Counted from the first letter of the stretch, positions 39,376-51,015 are shown. The stretch is 64,000 bases of DNA from an uncultured Chloroflexia bacterium (GCA_963713965.1 OY970217.1:526761-590760), one strand, 5' to 3'. Notes: generated from the letters alone by a model not told the origin. Made by a program: numbers and translations.

Positions 39376-40338
39376 TCAAACATCCAGAACGGAGCGCAGC
39401 GTCTCGCGTGAGACGTTGCCTCCGCTCACCACCAGCCCAACGCGCTTCCCAACGAGATTCAATGAGCCACCGATCAGCAGCGCCAGACCCACGGCACCTG
39501 CACCTTCGACGATCTGATGCTCGTCCTCGACGAACATTCGCATTGCTTCAGCAATCGAATCTTCACTGACCAGTTGCACGTCGTCAACGAGCCGCTGAAT
39601 GATGGCGAAGGGGAGCTCGCCGCCCTCGATATTCCCCTCAAGACCGTCTGCCAACGTCGGATCGATTGGCACGTCGACGATGCGGCCAGCATCGAGCGCC
39701 GCCACCATCGACGGAGAGTTTGCGGCCTGAACGCCGATGACTCGCAGATCGGGTCGCATCTGCTTCGCGGCAATGAGACAACCGGCGATCAGCCCGCCAG
39801 CGCCAACTGGAACCAGCATAACGTCGAGATCCGGTACGTCTCGCACGAACTCATACCCGACGGTGCCTTGTCCCGCGACTACGGCCGCATCGTACGGGCT
39901 AACGACTGGTGCCCCAGATGCACCAGACATCTCAAGCATGGCGCGCTGCGCGTCATCGAACGAGCGGCCATGGAGTAGTAAACCGACGCCCATGCGGCGC
40001 AGTGCCGCGATTTTTGCGCTCGACGCCGTTTCCGGAACGACGACCGTGGACGCCATCCCGTACTTCGCCGCAGCGTACGCGACGCCTTGACCATGATTCC
40101 CAGCGGATGCAGTCGCAACTGAAGTCGCTCCTGAATTCGCCAATTCGGCGACCCGATTGATCGCTCCGCGGATCTTGAAAGATCCGGTTCGCTGCAAATT
40201 CTCGGGCTTGACGAAGATCTCCAGGCCGAATCGGGCCGAGAGCACATCGGCGCGGCGTGCGTTTGTCGGAAACACATGCGGCCGGATCGTGCGTTCTGCT
40301 GTGACGATGTCGGACAACGTCGGTGCGACTTCGACCAT
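39376..40338 (-). CDS. threonine/serine dehydratase (PLP-dependent, no ACT domain)
   Basis: PLP-lysine motif GSFKIRGA, plus SAGNHGQG; 320 aa. Confidence 0.85.
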   Translation of the reverse strand: MVEVAPTLSDIVTAERTIRPHVFPTNARRADVLSARFGLEIFVKPENLQRTGSFKIRGAINRVAELANSGATSVATASAGNHGQGVAYAAAKYGMASTVVVPETASSAKIAALRRMGVGLLLHGRSFDDAQRAMLEMSGASGAPVVSPYDAAVVAGQGTVGYEFVRDVPDLDVMLVPVGAGGLIAGCLIAAKQMRPDLRVIGVQAANSPSMVAALDAGRIVDVPIDPTLADGLEGNIEGGELPFAIIQRLVDDVQLVSEDSIAEAMRMFVEDEHQIVEGAGAVGLALLIGGSLNLVGKRVGLVVSGGNVSRETLRSVLDV

Positions 40339-40361
40339 CTACATTACCTTCCCGACCTCAC

Positions 40362-40392
40362 AAAAAAGCGTGGAGCCCATTGGGCCCCACGC
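40362..40392 (-). terminator. intrinsic terminator after rho
   Basis: The minus-strand RNA is AGCGUGGGGCCCAAUGGGCUCCACGCUUUUUU: an 11-bp stem with one mismatch, followed by U6. Confidence 0.7.
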
Positions 40393-40417
40393 TCCACGTT
40401 CATTTTGAAGTGTTCTC

Positions 40418-41671
40418 TTAGACGTCCTTGCTGAGCGTGGTCAAGAACTCCGCATTGCTGCCCGTCTTTGCCAGACGTCCAAGCACAAGCTCGGTCCCTT
40501 CGGTTCCGCCAAGCATCGAGACCATGCGCCGCATCGTCCAAACCTGCCGCAGCGTTGCGTCGTCGAGGAGCAATTCCTCACGGCGGGTTCCGGAGCGCTG
40601 CACGTCGATCGATGGGTAGATCCGCCGCTCGGCCAGCTTGCGATCCAAATGGAGCTCCATGTTACCGGTTCCTTTGAACTCCTCGTAGATGACGTCGTCC
40701 ATACGGGAGCCGGTATCGATCAAGCAGGTCGCCACGATGGTGAGGCTTCCGCCGCCCTCGATATTACGTGCCGCGCCAAAGAAGCGCTTGGGCGGGTAGA
40801 GCGCAACAGGGTCGATACCACCGGACAGCGTTCGACCGCTGGGTGGCACGGCCAGGTTGTAGGCACGTGCCAAACGCGTGATCGAGTCGAGCAAGATCAC
40901 CACGTCGCGACCACACTCCACCAACCGCTTGGCGCGCTCCAGCGCCATCTCGGCAACCTTGGTGTGGTCTTCAACCGGCTCGTCAAAGGTGGAACTTACC
41001 ACCTCGCCGTCGACCGACCGTTTCATGTCCGTGACTTCCTCAGGTCGCTCACCGATGAGGCAGACCATGAGGTGAATATCCTCGCAGTTGCTGGTGATGC
41101 CGTTGGCGATCGCCTTGAGGAGGAGCGTCTTACCGGCCTTCGGCGGCGACACGATCAAGCCACGCTGACCACGACCAACCGGCGCGACCAGATTCAGGAG
41201 TCTGGTCGATAGAATGTGTGGCTGAGTTTCCAAGTTGATCAGTTCAAGCGGGAAGATCGGGGTGAGGTTGTCGAAGTTCGGGCGGCGTCTTGCGGTTTCC
41301 GGGTCCTGGCCGTTCACGGCTTCAACCCTCAGGAGACTGTAATATTTCTCGCTGTCTTTTGGGGGTCGCACGTGACCGGAGACCCAATCCCCGGTTCGCA
41401 GTCCAAACCTTCGAATTTGTGATTGTGATACGTAGATGTCGTTTGGCCCTGGAAGATAGCGTTCACCACGCAAGAATCCGTAGCCGTCGTCGATGATGTC
41501 GAGCACACCCTGCCCGAAAATGTTGCCCTGCTGCTCTGTCTGCGCCTGAAGTACCCGACTGATGAGGTCGTGCTTCTTCATGCGGCTGTAGCCGGTAACC
41601 TCAAGATCTTTGGCCAGATCCTGCAATTCGGGTAACGTCTTTGTCTCAAGTTCCGAAATCGTGATTGTCAT
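40418..41671 (-). CDS. rho: transcription termination factor Rho
   Basis: Start moved to the ATG at 41671 (MTITISELE). Rho_N is present, with Walker A PPKAGKT and the RecA-like core. Confidence 0.97.
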   Translation of the reverse strand: MTITISELETKTLPELQDLAKDLEVTGYSRMKKHDLISRVLQAQTEQQGNIFGQGVLDIIDDGYGFLRGERYLPGPNDIYVSQSQIRRFGLRTGDWVSGHVRPPKDSEKYYSLLRVEAVNGQDPETARRRPNFDNLTPIFPLELINLETQPHILSTRLLNLVAPVGRGQRGLIVSPPKAGKTLLLKAIANGITSNCEDIHLMVCLIGERPEEVTDMKRSVDGEVVSSTFDEPVEDHTKVAEMALERAKRLVECGRDVVILLDSITRLARAYNLAVPPSGRTLSGGIDPVALYPPKRFFGAARNIEGGGSLTIVATCLIDTGSRMDDVIYEEFKGTGNMELHLDRKLAERRIYPSIDVQRSGTRREELLLDDATLRQVWTMRRMVSMLGGTEGTELVLGRLAKTGSNAEFLTTLSKDV

Positions 41672-42128
41672 CCTCGTCCTCTTCCCCACTCAGGTCCAGC
41701 GAAATCGCAGACAGGAGCTGAGGATTGTCGTAGGTGGTTCATGTGCCTGAAGCACGTTGATGAGAGAATAAGCCTTGTGGGTAAAACTGACCGTTGCAGT
41801 GAATCTGAGTTCAAAATAGACTCAGGCGCTGGAGTTCGTGGCCCCGCCCGCGCATTGCGCGCCTCGAACTGCCAGGCAATCATTGGCCAGTCCCCAGATG
41901 GGGGTCCGGCGCCAAATCCCGGACGCCACGACGTTGGGCGCCCGACACCGTCACATTTGCTCTTCATTGCTCGCCGGTAATCAATCCTGATGGTCTCCCC
42001 GCGTACGCATTCCGCGTACAGTCAGGGTATGAAAGACTCTGTGGGTCATCGACGGCGTTGCTCGCACAGCAAATATCGCAGAGTTACATGCCGCACGTGA
42101 AAAATACATGGATGGAGTCGCTAGCGGC

Positions 42129-42162
42129 AAAATGGGGCGACGGTGCCGTGGTTGGCACCGTC
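42129..42162 (-). terminator. intrinsic terminator after glpX
   Basis: Perfect 9-bp stem GACGGUGCC/GGCACCGUC with a 6-nt loop, followed by GCCCCAUUUU. Confidence 0.55.
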
Positions 42163-42186
42163 CGCAGTATAGCAGTCCCCACGATC

Positions 42187-43173
42187 TTAGTCAAATGGAA
42201 CAGCGGCGTATTCCTTCAACTTCGTCAACCGGTGCTGAGCGAAGACTCGGCGCACTGTTCCAGAGCGAGAACGCATCACCAGTGACTCGGTCGTCGCCCC
42301 GTGACGATTGTAGTGAACGCCTTGCATGAGCTCACCGTCGGTGATGCCGGTTGCGGCGAAGAAGACATTGTCGGAACGCACCATGTCGTCCGCGTGCAAT
42401 ACCTGATCCAGATCGACCCCCGCTTTGAGCGCCAGATCACGCTCATGGTCATTGCGCGGCCACAGTTTGGCCTGAATCGCACCGCCGATGCATTTGATCG
42501 CGACAGCCGAGATCACACCTTCAGGACAGCCACCGATGCCCATCAACACGTCAACGCCCGTATCAGGCTGGCAGGCCAGCAGAGAGCCCGCAACATCGCC
42601 GTCTGAGATCATCTTGATGCGGGCACCAGTGGCGCGAATGTCCGCCACGAGCTGCTCGTGGCGTGGGCGATCCAGCACCACTACCGTCAGGTCCTTGATT
42701 CGCATCTGTTTGACTTCCGCGATGCGACCTAGGTTCTCCTCAACCGACGCTTCAATGTCGATAACGTGCGCCGCGTCCGGACCAACGGCCAGCTTGTTCA
42801 TGTACACGATGTGGGGAGGATAGAACATGGAACCGCGTTCGCCGACCGCGACGACGGCAAGTGAGTTAGGCATGCCTTTGGAGAGTAGCGTCGTTCCGTC
42901 GATCGGATCGACGGCGATGTCAACTGCGGGTTCGCCGCCGGTACCGACTTCTTCACCGATGTAGAGCATCGGCGCCTCATCCTTGTCCCCTTCGCCGATG
43001 ACCACCACGCCGCTCATCTCCACTGAGGAGAGCATGGCTCGCATGCCGTTGACGGCACCCTGGTCCGCCGCGATCTTGTCTCCGCGACCCATGAATGGTG
43101 CGGCACCGAGCGCGGCTGCTTCGGTGGTGCGCACCAGCTCCATCGCCAGGTTACGATCAATTCCTTCGGCCAA
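42187..43173 (-). CDS. glpX: class II fructose-1,6-bisphosphatase
   Basis: 328-aa ORF with the GlpX-family pattern ([21 protein letters not shown]). Confidence 0.92.
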   Translation of the reverse strand: MAEGIDRNLAMELVRTTEAAALGAAPFMGRGDKIAADQGAVNGMRAMLSSVEMSGVVVIGEGDKDEAPMLYIGEEVGTGGEPAVDIAVDPIDGTTLLSKGMPNSLAVVAVGERGSMFYPPHIVYMNKLAVGPDAAHVIDIEASVEENLGRIAEVKQMRIKDLTVVVLDRPRHEQLVADIRATGARIKMISDGDVAGSLLACQPDTGVDVLMGIGGCPEGVISAVAIKCIGGAIQAKLWPRNDHERDLALKAGVDLDQVLHADDMVRSDNVFFAATGITDGELMQGVHYNRHGATTESLVMRSRSGTVRRVFAQHRLTKLKEYAAVPFD

Positions 43174-43202
43174 GGGTTAAGCTCCTTCCAGCATCGTCGT
43201 TG

Positions 43203-46118
43203 CTAACGCGCGAACGTCGTCACCGCGTTCGCTTCCGGTGCCGCGAGCCACAGCTCAGCATGCCCGGGTAATTCAGTTACGCTTCCGATCTCCACCGTGC
43301 AGTCTGGCAAAGATCGGACGAACCCGCTTCCATAGCGCCGGCTCACGATTCGACGATCCAGAATAGCGCATACGCCGCGGTCGGTGGAGCTTCGAATCAA
43401 GCGACCAAACCCCTGTTTGAATCGCAAAATGGCTTGCGGAATCGCGTACTCATGGAATGGCTCATCGAACGCTTCGCTACGCGCCGCGAAGACCGGGTCG
43501 GACGGCACCGAGAAGGGGAGTTTGGTGATGACGAGTAGACTGAGCGTCTCGCCAACGATGTCGACTCCCTCCCAGAAGCTGTTCGTGCCCAACAACACAG
43601 TCTCGGACCGGCTCTTCAAGCGATCGACGAGCTGGCGCGGACTACCGTCCAGACGTTGCCCTAGGACCAGGATTCCCTCCGCTTCCAGCGGCCGCTTGAT
43701 CGCCCGATAGGTCGACTGCAAGGCGCTGTGTGACGTGAACAGGATCATCGCTCTGCCACGGGTCGACCGGCAAAGCTCGATCAGTGACTCCTGCAATGCT
43801 CGCTGGTATCCAGACTGTCCCGGTTCGGGAATGTCGTCCGCCAAATAGAGCAATGTCGAGCTGCGGTAGTCGAACGGAGACGAAACGTTCAAATCATTCG
43901 AGTCCTCCACGCCGAGGCGGCCGCGGATGTAATCGAACGAATGGTCCGTCGTCATCGTCGCGGACGTGAGGACGACCGAGCGACATCGGTCGAAGAGTCG
44001 CGCACGCAGCGAGTCTCCTACGTGAAGCGGGGCGGATTGAATCGTGACCTCGTTCGTGTTTTGTCTCCTGGTCAGCCAGTAGATCGTGTCACCAACCGGC
44101 TCGGAAACGGCGGACGTCAGTCGTTCCAACAGAAGATGCCCGGTCTTGATTTGCAAATCGAGCTCGGTGATGAGATCACCGCTCCCAGGAAGATCCTCTT
44201 CGCTGAAGCCCTCAGTTTCGGCGGCGGCCTCACTCAGCGCCTGAAGGAGTGTTCGCGCAAATCGGGCCAAGGATTGCAGCGTGACCTCAACTTCAGTCCA
44301 GCCCGGGTCGTGCCGCACCGCGTCGGTCAGCCGGAGCTGCCGTTCGTTCTGGCCTCGTTCATCTTGGTAGCGCTCGATGAAATCAGTCAGTCGCGTGAAG
44401 AGGAGTTCACATTGTTCTTCAGCATGGCGCTCTGACTCCGCCAGAGTTTCGAGCCACGGCTGCATGCGGCTGGCCAGGGAACGAGTCTCTTCGGTGGTTC
44501 CGGCGGATGCGGCACGCCACAATGCCCCGAAGACGCCTCCGACGCCTTCCCGTTCGTCTTGCTGAATGCACCGGCTGAGGAAATCCGTGACCGCGTTGCG
44601 GCTCACGGTGAAGCCGAGCTGCTTGGTGGCCTCTTCTTCCAGATTATGCGCTTCGTCGATGATCAGGTTGCGGTACGTCGGCAAGACTGAATTGGCCGCA
44701 AGCATGTCAGAAAGAAGCAACGCGTGGTTCACCACCACGATGTGGGCACTCTCCGCCTTATGTCGAGCTCGGAAGAGGAAACACTGGTTGCGCCGGTGAA
44801 AAACGCATCTACCAGGGACGCAGGAGCCCTCTTCTTCGGCCAAGCGCGACCAATAGATCTGCTCATCGGGAGGCAGGTGAAGCTCGGCTCGATCGCCGGT
44901 CTCCGTTTGCTGCGCCCAGGTGAGAATCTTGGCATGTAAGGCCGCCTCTTCCGGAGCCTGTGCTGTCGAGCGCTGCGCGATGAACCAGCGACGCAGGCAG
45001 AGGTAGTTCGATCGACCCTTGAGTAAGGCGGCTTCGAAATTGGCGGCATCTTTCAGACTCGGATCATCCTTCGCCATCTCTTTGAGGGAACGGCGCAGGT
45101 CAGGGAGATCCTTGCGGAAAAGCTGATCTTGCAGAGCGATCGTGTTGGTCGAGACGACCACCGGTTCCCCGTGCTCGACCGCGTGCAGCACCGCCGGAAG
45201 CAGGTACGCGACCGACTTCCCAGTACCTGTTCCCGCCTCCACCATGGTGATGCCGCCGTCCCGCAGCGTGTCGGCGACCGACGTCATCATCTCGACCTGC
45301 TGCGGCCGATACTCGTAGCCGGAGAAGGACCGCGCGAGGGAACCGCTCGGCTGGCTCCACTCTTGGAACTTGCTCGTAACGATGCTCGATTCGCTTCCAG
45401 TCGGTTCGAGCCGCGGAGGGCGCTCCCGTTGCATCAGGAACATCACCTCGGGGCCTTGGCGCGGCCCCATGCCCTTTGCCAGAAGCTGTTCAGCGATCGA
45501 GCTACCCAATGCCCCAGCGTCATCGTCCTTCATGCGCTTGGCGATCTCTTCAAACAGCCGGGCAAGCGGCGAATTTGCCATGCGGGCGTAGGACGCCAAA
45601 CGCTCCATGGTGACGTCGTCGTAGTCCTGCAAGAGATCGATCAAACCCAGGAAAACCGCCATCGTCGTCTCGACGTCGGCCATGGCCCGATGTTGCGACG
45701 GCACCGAGATGCCGAGACGCGACGCGATGGTCGAGAGGTTGTAAGCTGGGAGATCGGGGATCAGAATCGTGGCGAGGTGGAACGTGTCGTACTGCGGGTT
45801 GCGCAGTTGTAAGCCCGATCCGGTCAACATCTCGATATCGAACTGAGGTGACTGTCCCACGATCGGATGATTGCGCACGAAATCGCGCAACTGCGGGGCG
45901 ACGACGTTGAAACTCGGGGCCCGGCGAACGTCTTTGGCGCCGATGCCGGTCAAACTGGTGATGTTGAAAGGAATCGATCCTCGAGGTTGGACGAGACTCT
46001 CCCAGCGGTCAAGCACGCGATCATCGCGAAACTTGATCGCCGCGATCTCAATGATCTCGTCCCGTTCGGGGTCCATCCCGGTCGCTTCGAGGTCGAGTGC
46101 CACGTAGACAGAGCTCAC
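43203..46118 (-). CDS. dinG: DinG-family helicase with N-terminal DnaQ-like 3'-5' exonuclease domain
   Basis: DEDD motif ALDLEATG, Walker A GTGTGKS, DEAH box IIDEAHNLEE and a 4-Cys Fe-S region; 971 aa. Confidence 0.9.
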   Translation of the reverse strand: MSSVYVALDLEATGMDPERDEIIEIAAIKFRDDRVLDRWESLVQPRGSIPFNITSLTGIGAKDVRRAPSFNVVAPQLRDFVRNHPIVGQSPQFDIEMLTGSGLQLRNPQYDTFHLATILIPDLPAYNLSTIASRLGISVPSQHRAMADVETTMAVFLGLIDLLQDYDDVTMERLASYARMANSPLARLFEEIAKRMKDDDAGALGSSIAEQLLAKGMGPRQGPEVMFLMQRERPPRLEPTGSESSIVTSKFQEWSQPSGSLARSFSGYEYRPQQVEMMTSVADTLRDGGITMVEAGTGTGKSVAYLLPAVLHAVEHGEPVVVSTNTIALQDQLFRKDLPDLRRSLKEMAKDDPSLKDAANFEAALLKGRSNYLCLRRWFIAQRSTAQAPEEAALHAKILTWAQQTETGDRAELHLPPDEQIYWSRLAEEEGSCVPGRCVFHRRNQCFLFRARHKAESAHIVVVNHALLLSDMLAANSVLPTYRNLIIDEAHNLEEEATKQLGFTVSRNAVTDFLSRCIQQDEREGVGGVFGALWRAASAGTTEETRSLASRMQPWLETLAESERHAEEQCELLFTRLTDFIERYQDERGQNERQLRLTDAVRHDPGWTEVEVTLQSLARFARTLLQALSEAAAETEGFSEEDLPGSGDLITELDLQIKTGHLLLERLTSAVSEPVGDTIYWLTRRQNTNEVTIQSAPLHVGDSLRARLFDRCRSVVLTSATMTTDHSFDYIRGRLGVEDSNDLNVSSPFDYRSSTLLYLADDIPEPGQSGYQRALQESLIELCRSTRGRAMILFTSHSALQSTYRAIKRPLEAEGILVLGQRLDGSPRQLVDRLKSRSETVLLGTNSFWEGVDIVGETLSLLVITKLPFSVPSDPVFAARSEAFDEPFHEYAIPQAILRFKQGFGRLIRSSTDRGVCAILDRRIVSRRYGSGFVRSLPDCTVEIGSVTELPGHAELWLAAPEANAVTTFAR

Positions 46119-46172
46119 CTGGCCGGACCCTTCCTGTTCATGGGGCGCGTTGTCAATTTCGTACCGTCGAGT

Positions 46173-47309
46173 CTAGCCCACTGGGAATGCCGCCGCGAGC
46201 ATCGCCAACTGTGCAATGCCCTGCTTGATCGGCGCGATTTCAATCGATTCTTCGACGCGGTGTGCTCCACCGCCCTGCGTCAGCCCAATACAGATAGCCG
46301 GAATGCCGCGACTGATCGCGATGTTCGCGTCGGTGCTGGACGCGTTTAGCTCGGGATCCAGGCCAAGCTCACGCAGAATGTCACCTGCAACCCGAACGAT
46401 TTTCGTGGATGGATCAGTACGTCCGGCGGGCCGCTCACCCAGCACCTCGATTTCCGTCCGAATCTGATCACTTCTGACCGAACTAATGATCTCCGCGACC
46501 TCACCGGCCAGACGATCGAGCGACGCCGGGTCGACCGATCGCATGTCGATCACGGCCGACGCACGCGGTGCAATCGTGTTCACCGATACACCACCCTCGA
46601 CGATACCGACGTTGAACGTCGTCTTGGGATCGTCAGGCACCTTCAGTTCGCTGATCTTCGCGATGATTTTGCCGAGCTCGTGAATGGCGTTGGGCTGTCC
46701 AAAGGCTCCCCAGCTATGCCCGCCCGGGCCATAGACGGTCGCCTTAATGCGCTTCGAGCCGACCGCGGCATGCGTCACACGTCCAACATTGTGTCCCTCG
46801 ACAGCAATAACGCCACCGATTTCATCCTCGAAGCGGTCGACCATGGCGCGGATACCACGCAAATTGCCGAGCCCCTCTTCGCCCACGTTGGCAATCAGAA
46901 GTAGGTCACCAGGAGTTTCGATGCCGGCCTCATCCAATACGCCGACTAGACCGAGCAGCCCTGCCACACCAAGGCTGTTGTCTCCAATAGCCGGACCGAA
47001 CATCTCGGTCTCACTGCGTCGCACACTGATCTCGGTTCCGCGGGGAAACACGGTGTCGGTGTGCGCGGCAAACATGAGACTCTTGGCGTTGCCGGTACCC
47101 TTACGGCGGGTGATCACGTTGCCCATTTCGTCGACCTCGGCCTTCAAACCAACCTGCTCAAAGGCTGCGGCGACAAATTCGGCACGTTCGCGTTCTTCGT
47201 AGGATGGGGCTGGAATCAGACAAATCTTCTCGGCCCAGTCACAGACCGAGTCTACCGATGCCGCCGCCAACTGCTGGAGGCGGGCATTCAGGTCGCTTCC
47301 ACCGCCCAC
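46173..47309 (-). CDS. M20-family metallopeptidase (ArgE/DapE/PepT-like)
   Basis: GTG start. AAHTDTV and GEEG motifs; 378 aa. Confidence 0.82.
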   Translation of the reverse strand: MGGGSDLNARLQQLAAASVDSVCDWAEKICLIPAPSYEERERAEFVAAAFEQVGLKAEVDEMGNVITRRKGTGNAKSLMFAAHTDTVFPRGTEISVRRSETEMFGPAIGDNSLGVAGLLGLVGVLDEAGIETPGDLLLIANVGEEGLGNLRGIRAMVDRFEDEIGGVIAVEGHNVGRVTHAAVGSKRIKATVYGPGGHSWGAFGQPNAIHELGKIIAKISELKVPDDPKTTFNVGIVEGGVSVNTIAPRASAVIDMRSVDPASLDRLAGEVAEIISSVRSDQIRTEIEVLGERPAGRTDPSTKIVRVAGDILRELGLDPELNASSTDANIAISRGIPAICIGLTQGGGAHRVEESIEIAPIKQGIAQLAMLAAAFPVG

Positions 47310-47549
47310 GTGAATTCCTTTCCAGGTTTTCGCTTGTCATTGTTGTCGGCGCTCGGGGAAGGAATGCATCCCGCGGTGGCGGATGGTTGGAAGAAACGCG
47401 CGATGAAGTCCTTACGTCGCAAAAGTCGTTCAATTATAGCAGAGTCAGCGCGCGGCTCCGCTCGGTCGCCGACCACATCGACTTGCTATTCCCGCGAACA
47501 ATCGTCGATTTGTTCGGAGACTGAATGCCTCCCCCGACATTGCATGATG

Positions 47550-47578
47550 TTGACACGCGACAGGTGCGAACGTAGATT
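47550..47578 (+). promoter_or_regulatory. sigma70-like promoter for sdhCDAB
   Basis: TTGACA-17 nt-TAGATT, 33 nt upstream of the first possible sdhC start. Confidence 0.55.
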
Positions 47579-47610
47579 TCAGCAGGGGAGATGGCTACGG
47601 AATACACATC

Positions 47611-48075
47611 ATGCTGCCAATATCTCGAACGGACCGGAACGGTCTAGAGAAGGGAACGAATGGCGTGACTTCGCGTGGAGCGACCGAGGTCAAGCGTTCG
47701 CAGGGAGTCGTTGCCAGCTATGGCGGATACCGAGCACCGCAAGGCATGCTCTCATGGGCGCTTCACCGCATCGCGGGACTTGGAGTCCTAGCATTCCTCC
47801 TCCTGCACATCCTCGATATCTTTCTCGTCGGCTACGGCCCCAAGACATTCAACGATCTCGTCTTCCTCTACCAGAACCCGGTGTTCCGCATCGGTGAGAT
47901 CGTGCTGGTCGCTGCCGTCTATTATCACGCCGCCAACGGCGTACGCATCATCCTGATCGATTTCTGGGAAGCGGCATACAAGTTCGAGCGCCAGCTGTAC
48001 TGGGGAGTCATCGGGGTCTTTCTGGCCGCGTTCATCCCCACCGCCTATTTCATGATCGACGCGATGCTGAAATGA
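47611..48075 (+). CDS. sdhC: succinate dehydrogenase cytochrome b subunit
   Basis: Three TM helices (HRIAGLGVLAFLLLHILD...) and first position in sdhCDAB. The true start may be the in-frame GTG at 47665. Confidence 0.8.
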   Translation: MLPISRTDRNGLEKGTNGVTSRGATEVKRSQGVVASYGGYRAPQGMLSWALHRIAGLGVLAFLLLHILDIFLVGYGPKTFNDLVFLYQNPVFRIGEIVLVAAVYYHAANGVRIILIDFWEAAYKFERQLYWGVIGVFLAAFIPTAYFMIDAMLK

Positions 48076-48112
48076 CCGGACGCGACCGCTCAGAAGCGCT
48101 GAATCGCCGCGA

Positions 48113-48571
48113 GTGCATGATCGACCCGCGGTGGAAGGATTGGACGTCAACATGGTAGCTCCTCGAGTTCGAGTCGGACGTCAGCGGCCGGCGGGAGGAA
48201 GCAATTTCGAGCTCTATTCCTGGTATTTCTTCCGCGTCAGCGGACTCCTTCTGATTCTGCTCGCCTGCGTTCACATCGTCATCATGCACGTCATCCACAA
48301 CGTGTCCGAGATCGACTACAACTTCGTGGCGCAGCGCTGGGCGTCCCCGTTCTGGCGCTCGTTCGACTGGCTGCTCCTGACGCTCGCACTGCTACATGGG
48401 CTCAATGGCGCGCGTATTGCCATCGACGACTACATCGCGAGCCACGGATGGAGAATCTTCGCCCACTCGGTTCTCTGGACCACCGCCCTGGTCTTTCTCG
48501 TTCTCGGCACGTTGGCGATCGCAACGTTCAACCCCGCATCCTTCAGTGGCGCCGCAATGGCAGGGAGATAG
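48113..48571 (+). CDS. sdhD: succinate dehydrogenase membrane anchor subunit
   Basis: Hydrophobic protein of about 140-150 aa between sdhC and sdhA. The start may be the ATG at 48152. Confidence 0.75.
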   Translation: MHDRPAVEGLDVNMVAPRVRVGRQRPAGGSNFELYSWYFFRVSGLLLILLACVHIVIMHVIHNVSEIDYNFVAQRWASPFWRSFDWLLLTLALLHGLNGARIAIDDYIASHGWRIFAHSVLWTTALVFLVLGTLAIATFNPASFSGAAMAGR

Positions 48572-48574
48572 CCG

Positions 48575-50302
48575 ATGTATCACCGATATGATGCAGTCAT
48601 CGTCGGAGCAGGTGGTGCCGGACTCATGGCGGCGGCGCAGCTATCGAATGCCGCCAACATCGCCGTGATCAGCAAGCTGTACCCGTCTCGATCTCACACG
48701 GGGGCCGCCCAAGGTGGCATCGCCGCCGCGCTCGGCAACATCGAAGAAGACCACTGGGTCTGGCATATGTTCGATACGGTCAAAGGCGGCGACTATCTCG
48801 TCGACCAGGACGCGGCGGAAGTGCTGGCGCGTGAGGCGATTGACGCGGTTTACGACCTTGAGCACATGGGACTCCCCTTCAACCGCACGCCCGAGGGCAA
48901 GATCGACCAGCGACGCTTCGGCGGGCACACCAAGAACTTCGGTGAAGCAGCGGTTCGACGCGCTTGCTACGCCGCCGACCGCACCGGCCACATGATTCTG
49001 CAGACCCTCTATCAGCAGGGCATCAAAAATCAGGTCACGTTCTTCAACGAAATGATGATGCTGGATCTGCTCATCACCGACGACGGTGTCTGCACCGGCG
49101 TAGTTGGGATGGACATCCTCACCGGCGAAATCCACACCATCCACGCCAAGGCCGTGCTCCTTGCCACGGGTGGCTACGGCAAGGTCTTCAAGGTCACCAG
49201 CAACGCCCTGTCGCTCACTGGTGACGGCTGTGCCATCGCCTTGCGACGTGGTCTGCCAATGCAGGACGCGGAGTTCTATCAGATCCATCCAACCGGAATT
49301 TACAAGCTCGGCATCCTCCTCTCGGAGGCTTGTCGCGGTGAGGGCGGCATCCTGCGCAACAACAACGGCGAACGCTTCATGGAGCGCTATTCGCCAACGT
49401 TGCTCGATCTGGCGCCTCGCGACATCGTCTCCCGCAGCATCTACCTCGAGATTCGAGAAGGTCGCGGGATCAATGGCCAGGACTACGTCCATCTCGATCT
49501 GACGCACCTGCCAACGGAAGTGATCGAGCAGAAGCTGCCAGACATCACCGACTTCGTGCGCACCTACATGGGTCTCGATCCCATTCACGACCTGATTCCG
49601 ATCCAGCCGACTGCCCATTACGCCATGGGGGGCGTTCCGACCGACATTGAAGGCCGAGTCACGATCGACGAGAAGAACACCGTCATGCCGGGTCTCTATG
49701 CAGCCGGCGAGGTGGCCTGCGTCAGTGTCCACGGCGCCAACCGCCTCGGAACCAACTCACTCGTAGACCTGGTCGTCTTCGGCCGCCGAGCTGGAAAGCA
49801 AATGACCCAATTCGTCAACGAAAATGACTTTCATCCGCTGCCGAAAGAGCCCGAATTCCGCGCTCGCGCCGAAGTGGCGCGGTTTATGGAGAACACAGGC
49901 ACGGAGAACGCGGCGGACATCCGCACCGAATTGCAACAAGTGATGATGGACGACGCCGGCGTCTTCCGTACCGGCGAGAATCTGCAGGCACTGGGATCGA
50001 AGCTCGAGGAACTTCGCAACCGCTTCACGCGAGTAGGGGTCCGCGACAAGGGGCAAACGTTCAACATGGATTTGGTCGAAACGATCGAGACCGGCTTCTT
50101 GCTCGATATTGCTCAGACGATCGCGGTGAGCGCGCTGGCACGCGAGGAAAGCCGCGGCGCTCACTCGCGCGAGGACTTCCCCAAGCGCGATGATGCGAAC
50201 TGGCTCAAGCACACACTCGCGTACCGCACCTCCGGGGGCATGAAACTTCGCTACAAGCCTGTTGTTCTCACTCGATTCGAACCGAAGGAGCGGAAATACT
50301 AA
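48575..50302 (+). CDS. sdhA: succinate dehydrogenase flavoprotein subunit
   Basis: [23 protein letters not shown] (covalent-FAD His) and HPTG motifs. Confidence 0.98.
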   Translation: MYHRYDAVIVGAGGAGLMAAAQLSNAANIAVISKLYPSRSHTGAAQGGIAAALGNIEEDHWVWHMFDTVKGGDYLVDQDAAEVLAREAIDAVYDLEHMGLPFNRTPEGKIDQRRFGGHTKNFGEAAVRRACYAADRTGHMILQTLYQQGIKNQVTFFNEMMMLDLLITDDGVCTGVVGMDILTGEIHTIHAKAVLLATGGYGKVFKVTSNALSLTGDGCAIALRRGLPMQDAEFYQIHPTGIYKLGILLSEACRGEGGILRNNNGERFMERYSPTLLDLAPRDIVSRSIYLEIREGRGINGQDYVHLDLTHLPTEVIEQKLPDITDFVRTYMGLDPIHDLIPIQPTAHYAMGGVPTDIEGRVTIDEKNTVMPGLYAAGEVACVSVHGANRLGTNSLVDLVVFGRRAGKQMTQFVNENDFHPLPKEPEFRARAEVARFMENTGTENAADIRTELQQVMMDDAGVFRTGENLQALGSKLEELRNRFTRVGVRDKGQTFNMDLVETIETGFLLDIAQTIAVSALAREESRGAHSREDFPKRDDANWLKHTLAYRTSGGMKLRYKPVVLTRFEPKERKY

Positions 50303-50997
50303 TGGAGGTCCAACTCCGCATTCAGCGCTACAACCCTGACGAGGACGTCAAACCGCATTACGAGAACTACACGGTCGAAGTTCAGCCGACCGACCGCGTG
50401 CTCGATGCTCTCAACCAGGTCAAGTGGCATCAGGACGGCACTTTGACCTACCGGCGCAGCTGTGCCCATGGAGTCTGCGGATCCGATGCGATGCGCATCA
50501 ACGGCCGCAACCGTCTGGCCTGTAAGGTACTCATTCAGGACATCGGCACCAAGATCACCGTCGAGCCGCTGCTTGGCTTCGAGGTGATCAAGGACATGGT
50601 CATCGACATGGAGCCCTTCTTCGAGAGCTACAAGAAGGTACTCCCGTTCATGATCAACGATCAGAGCGCGCCTGCCACTGAGCGGCTGCAATCTCCGGAA
50701 CAGCGTGCCGTCTTCGATGACACCACCAAGTGCATCCTGTGCGCCGCATGCACGACCGCCTGTCCAATCACCTGGACGAACGAGAACTGGGTCGGTCCGG
50801 CGGCCATCGTCAACGCGCATCGGTTCATTTACGACAGCCGCGATGAGGGAACCGAAGCACGGCTCGAGGTGCTCAACGAGAGTTCCGGTGTATGGCGATG
50901 TCGCACCATTTTCAATTGCACGGACGCTTGCCCGCGTGGCATCCAGGTGACGAACGCCATTGAGCAGGTGAAGCGGACGCTCCTACTGAACCGATAA
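50302..50997 (+). CDS. sdhB: succinate dehydrogenase iron-sulfur subunit
   Basis: 2Fe-2S, 4Fe-4S (CILCAACTTAC) and 3Fe-4S (CRTIFNCTDAC) cysteine clusters. Confidence 0.97.
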   Translation: MEVQLRIQRYNPDEDVKPHYENYTVEVQPTDRVLDALNQVKWHQDGTLTYRRSCAHGVCGSDAMRINGRNRLACKVLIQDIGTKITVEPLLGFEVIKDMVIDMEPFFESYKKVLPFMINDQSAPATERLQSPEQRAVFDDTTKCILCAACTTACPITWTNENWVGPAAIVNAHRFIYDSRDEGTEARLEVLNESSGVWRCRTIFNCTDACPRGIQVTNAIEQVKRTLLLNR

Positions 50998-51015
50998 CGT
51001 TGGAGTTGATTCATC

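Noticed and set aside
41668-41967. 99-aa minus-strand ORF overlapping the rho start
   Set aside because: It is out of frame with rho, has no RBS and has W/R/P-rich composition. I treated it as part of the rho leader.
47061-47897. 278-aa plus-strand ORF
   Set aside because: It crosses the 5' end of the M20 gene (antisense), the sdh promoter and sdhC in the wrong frame.
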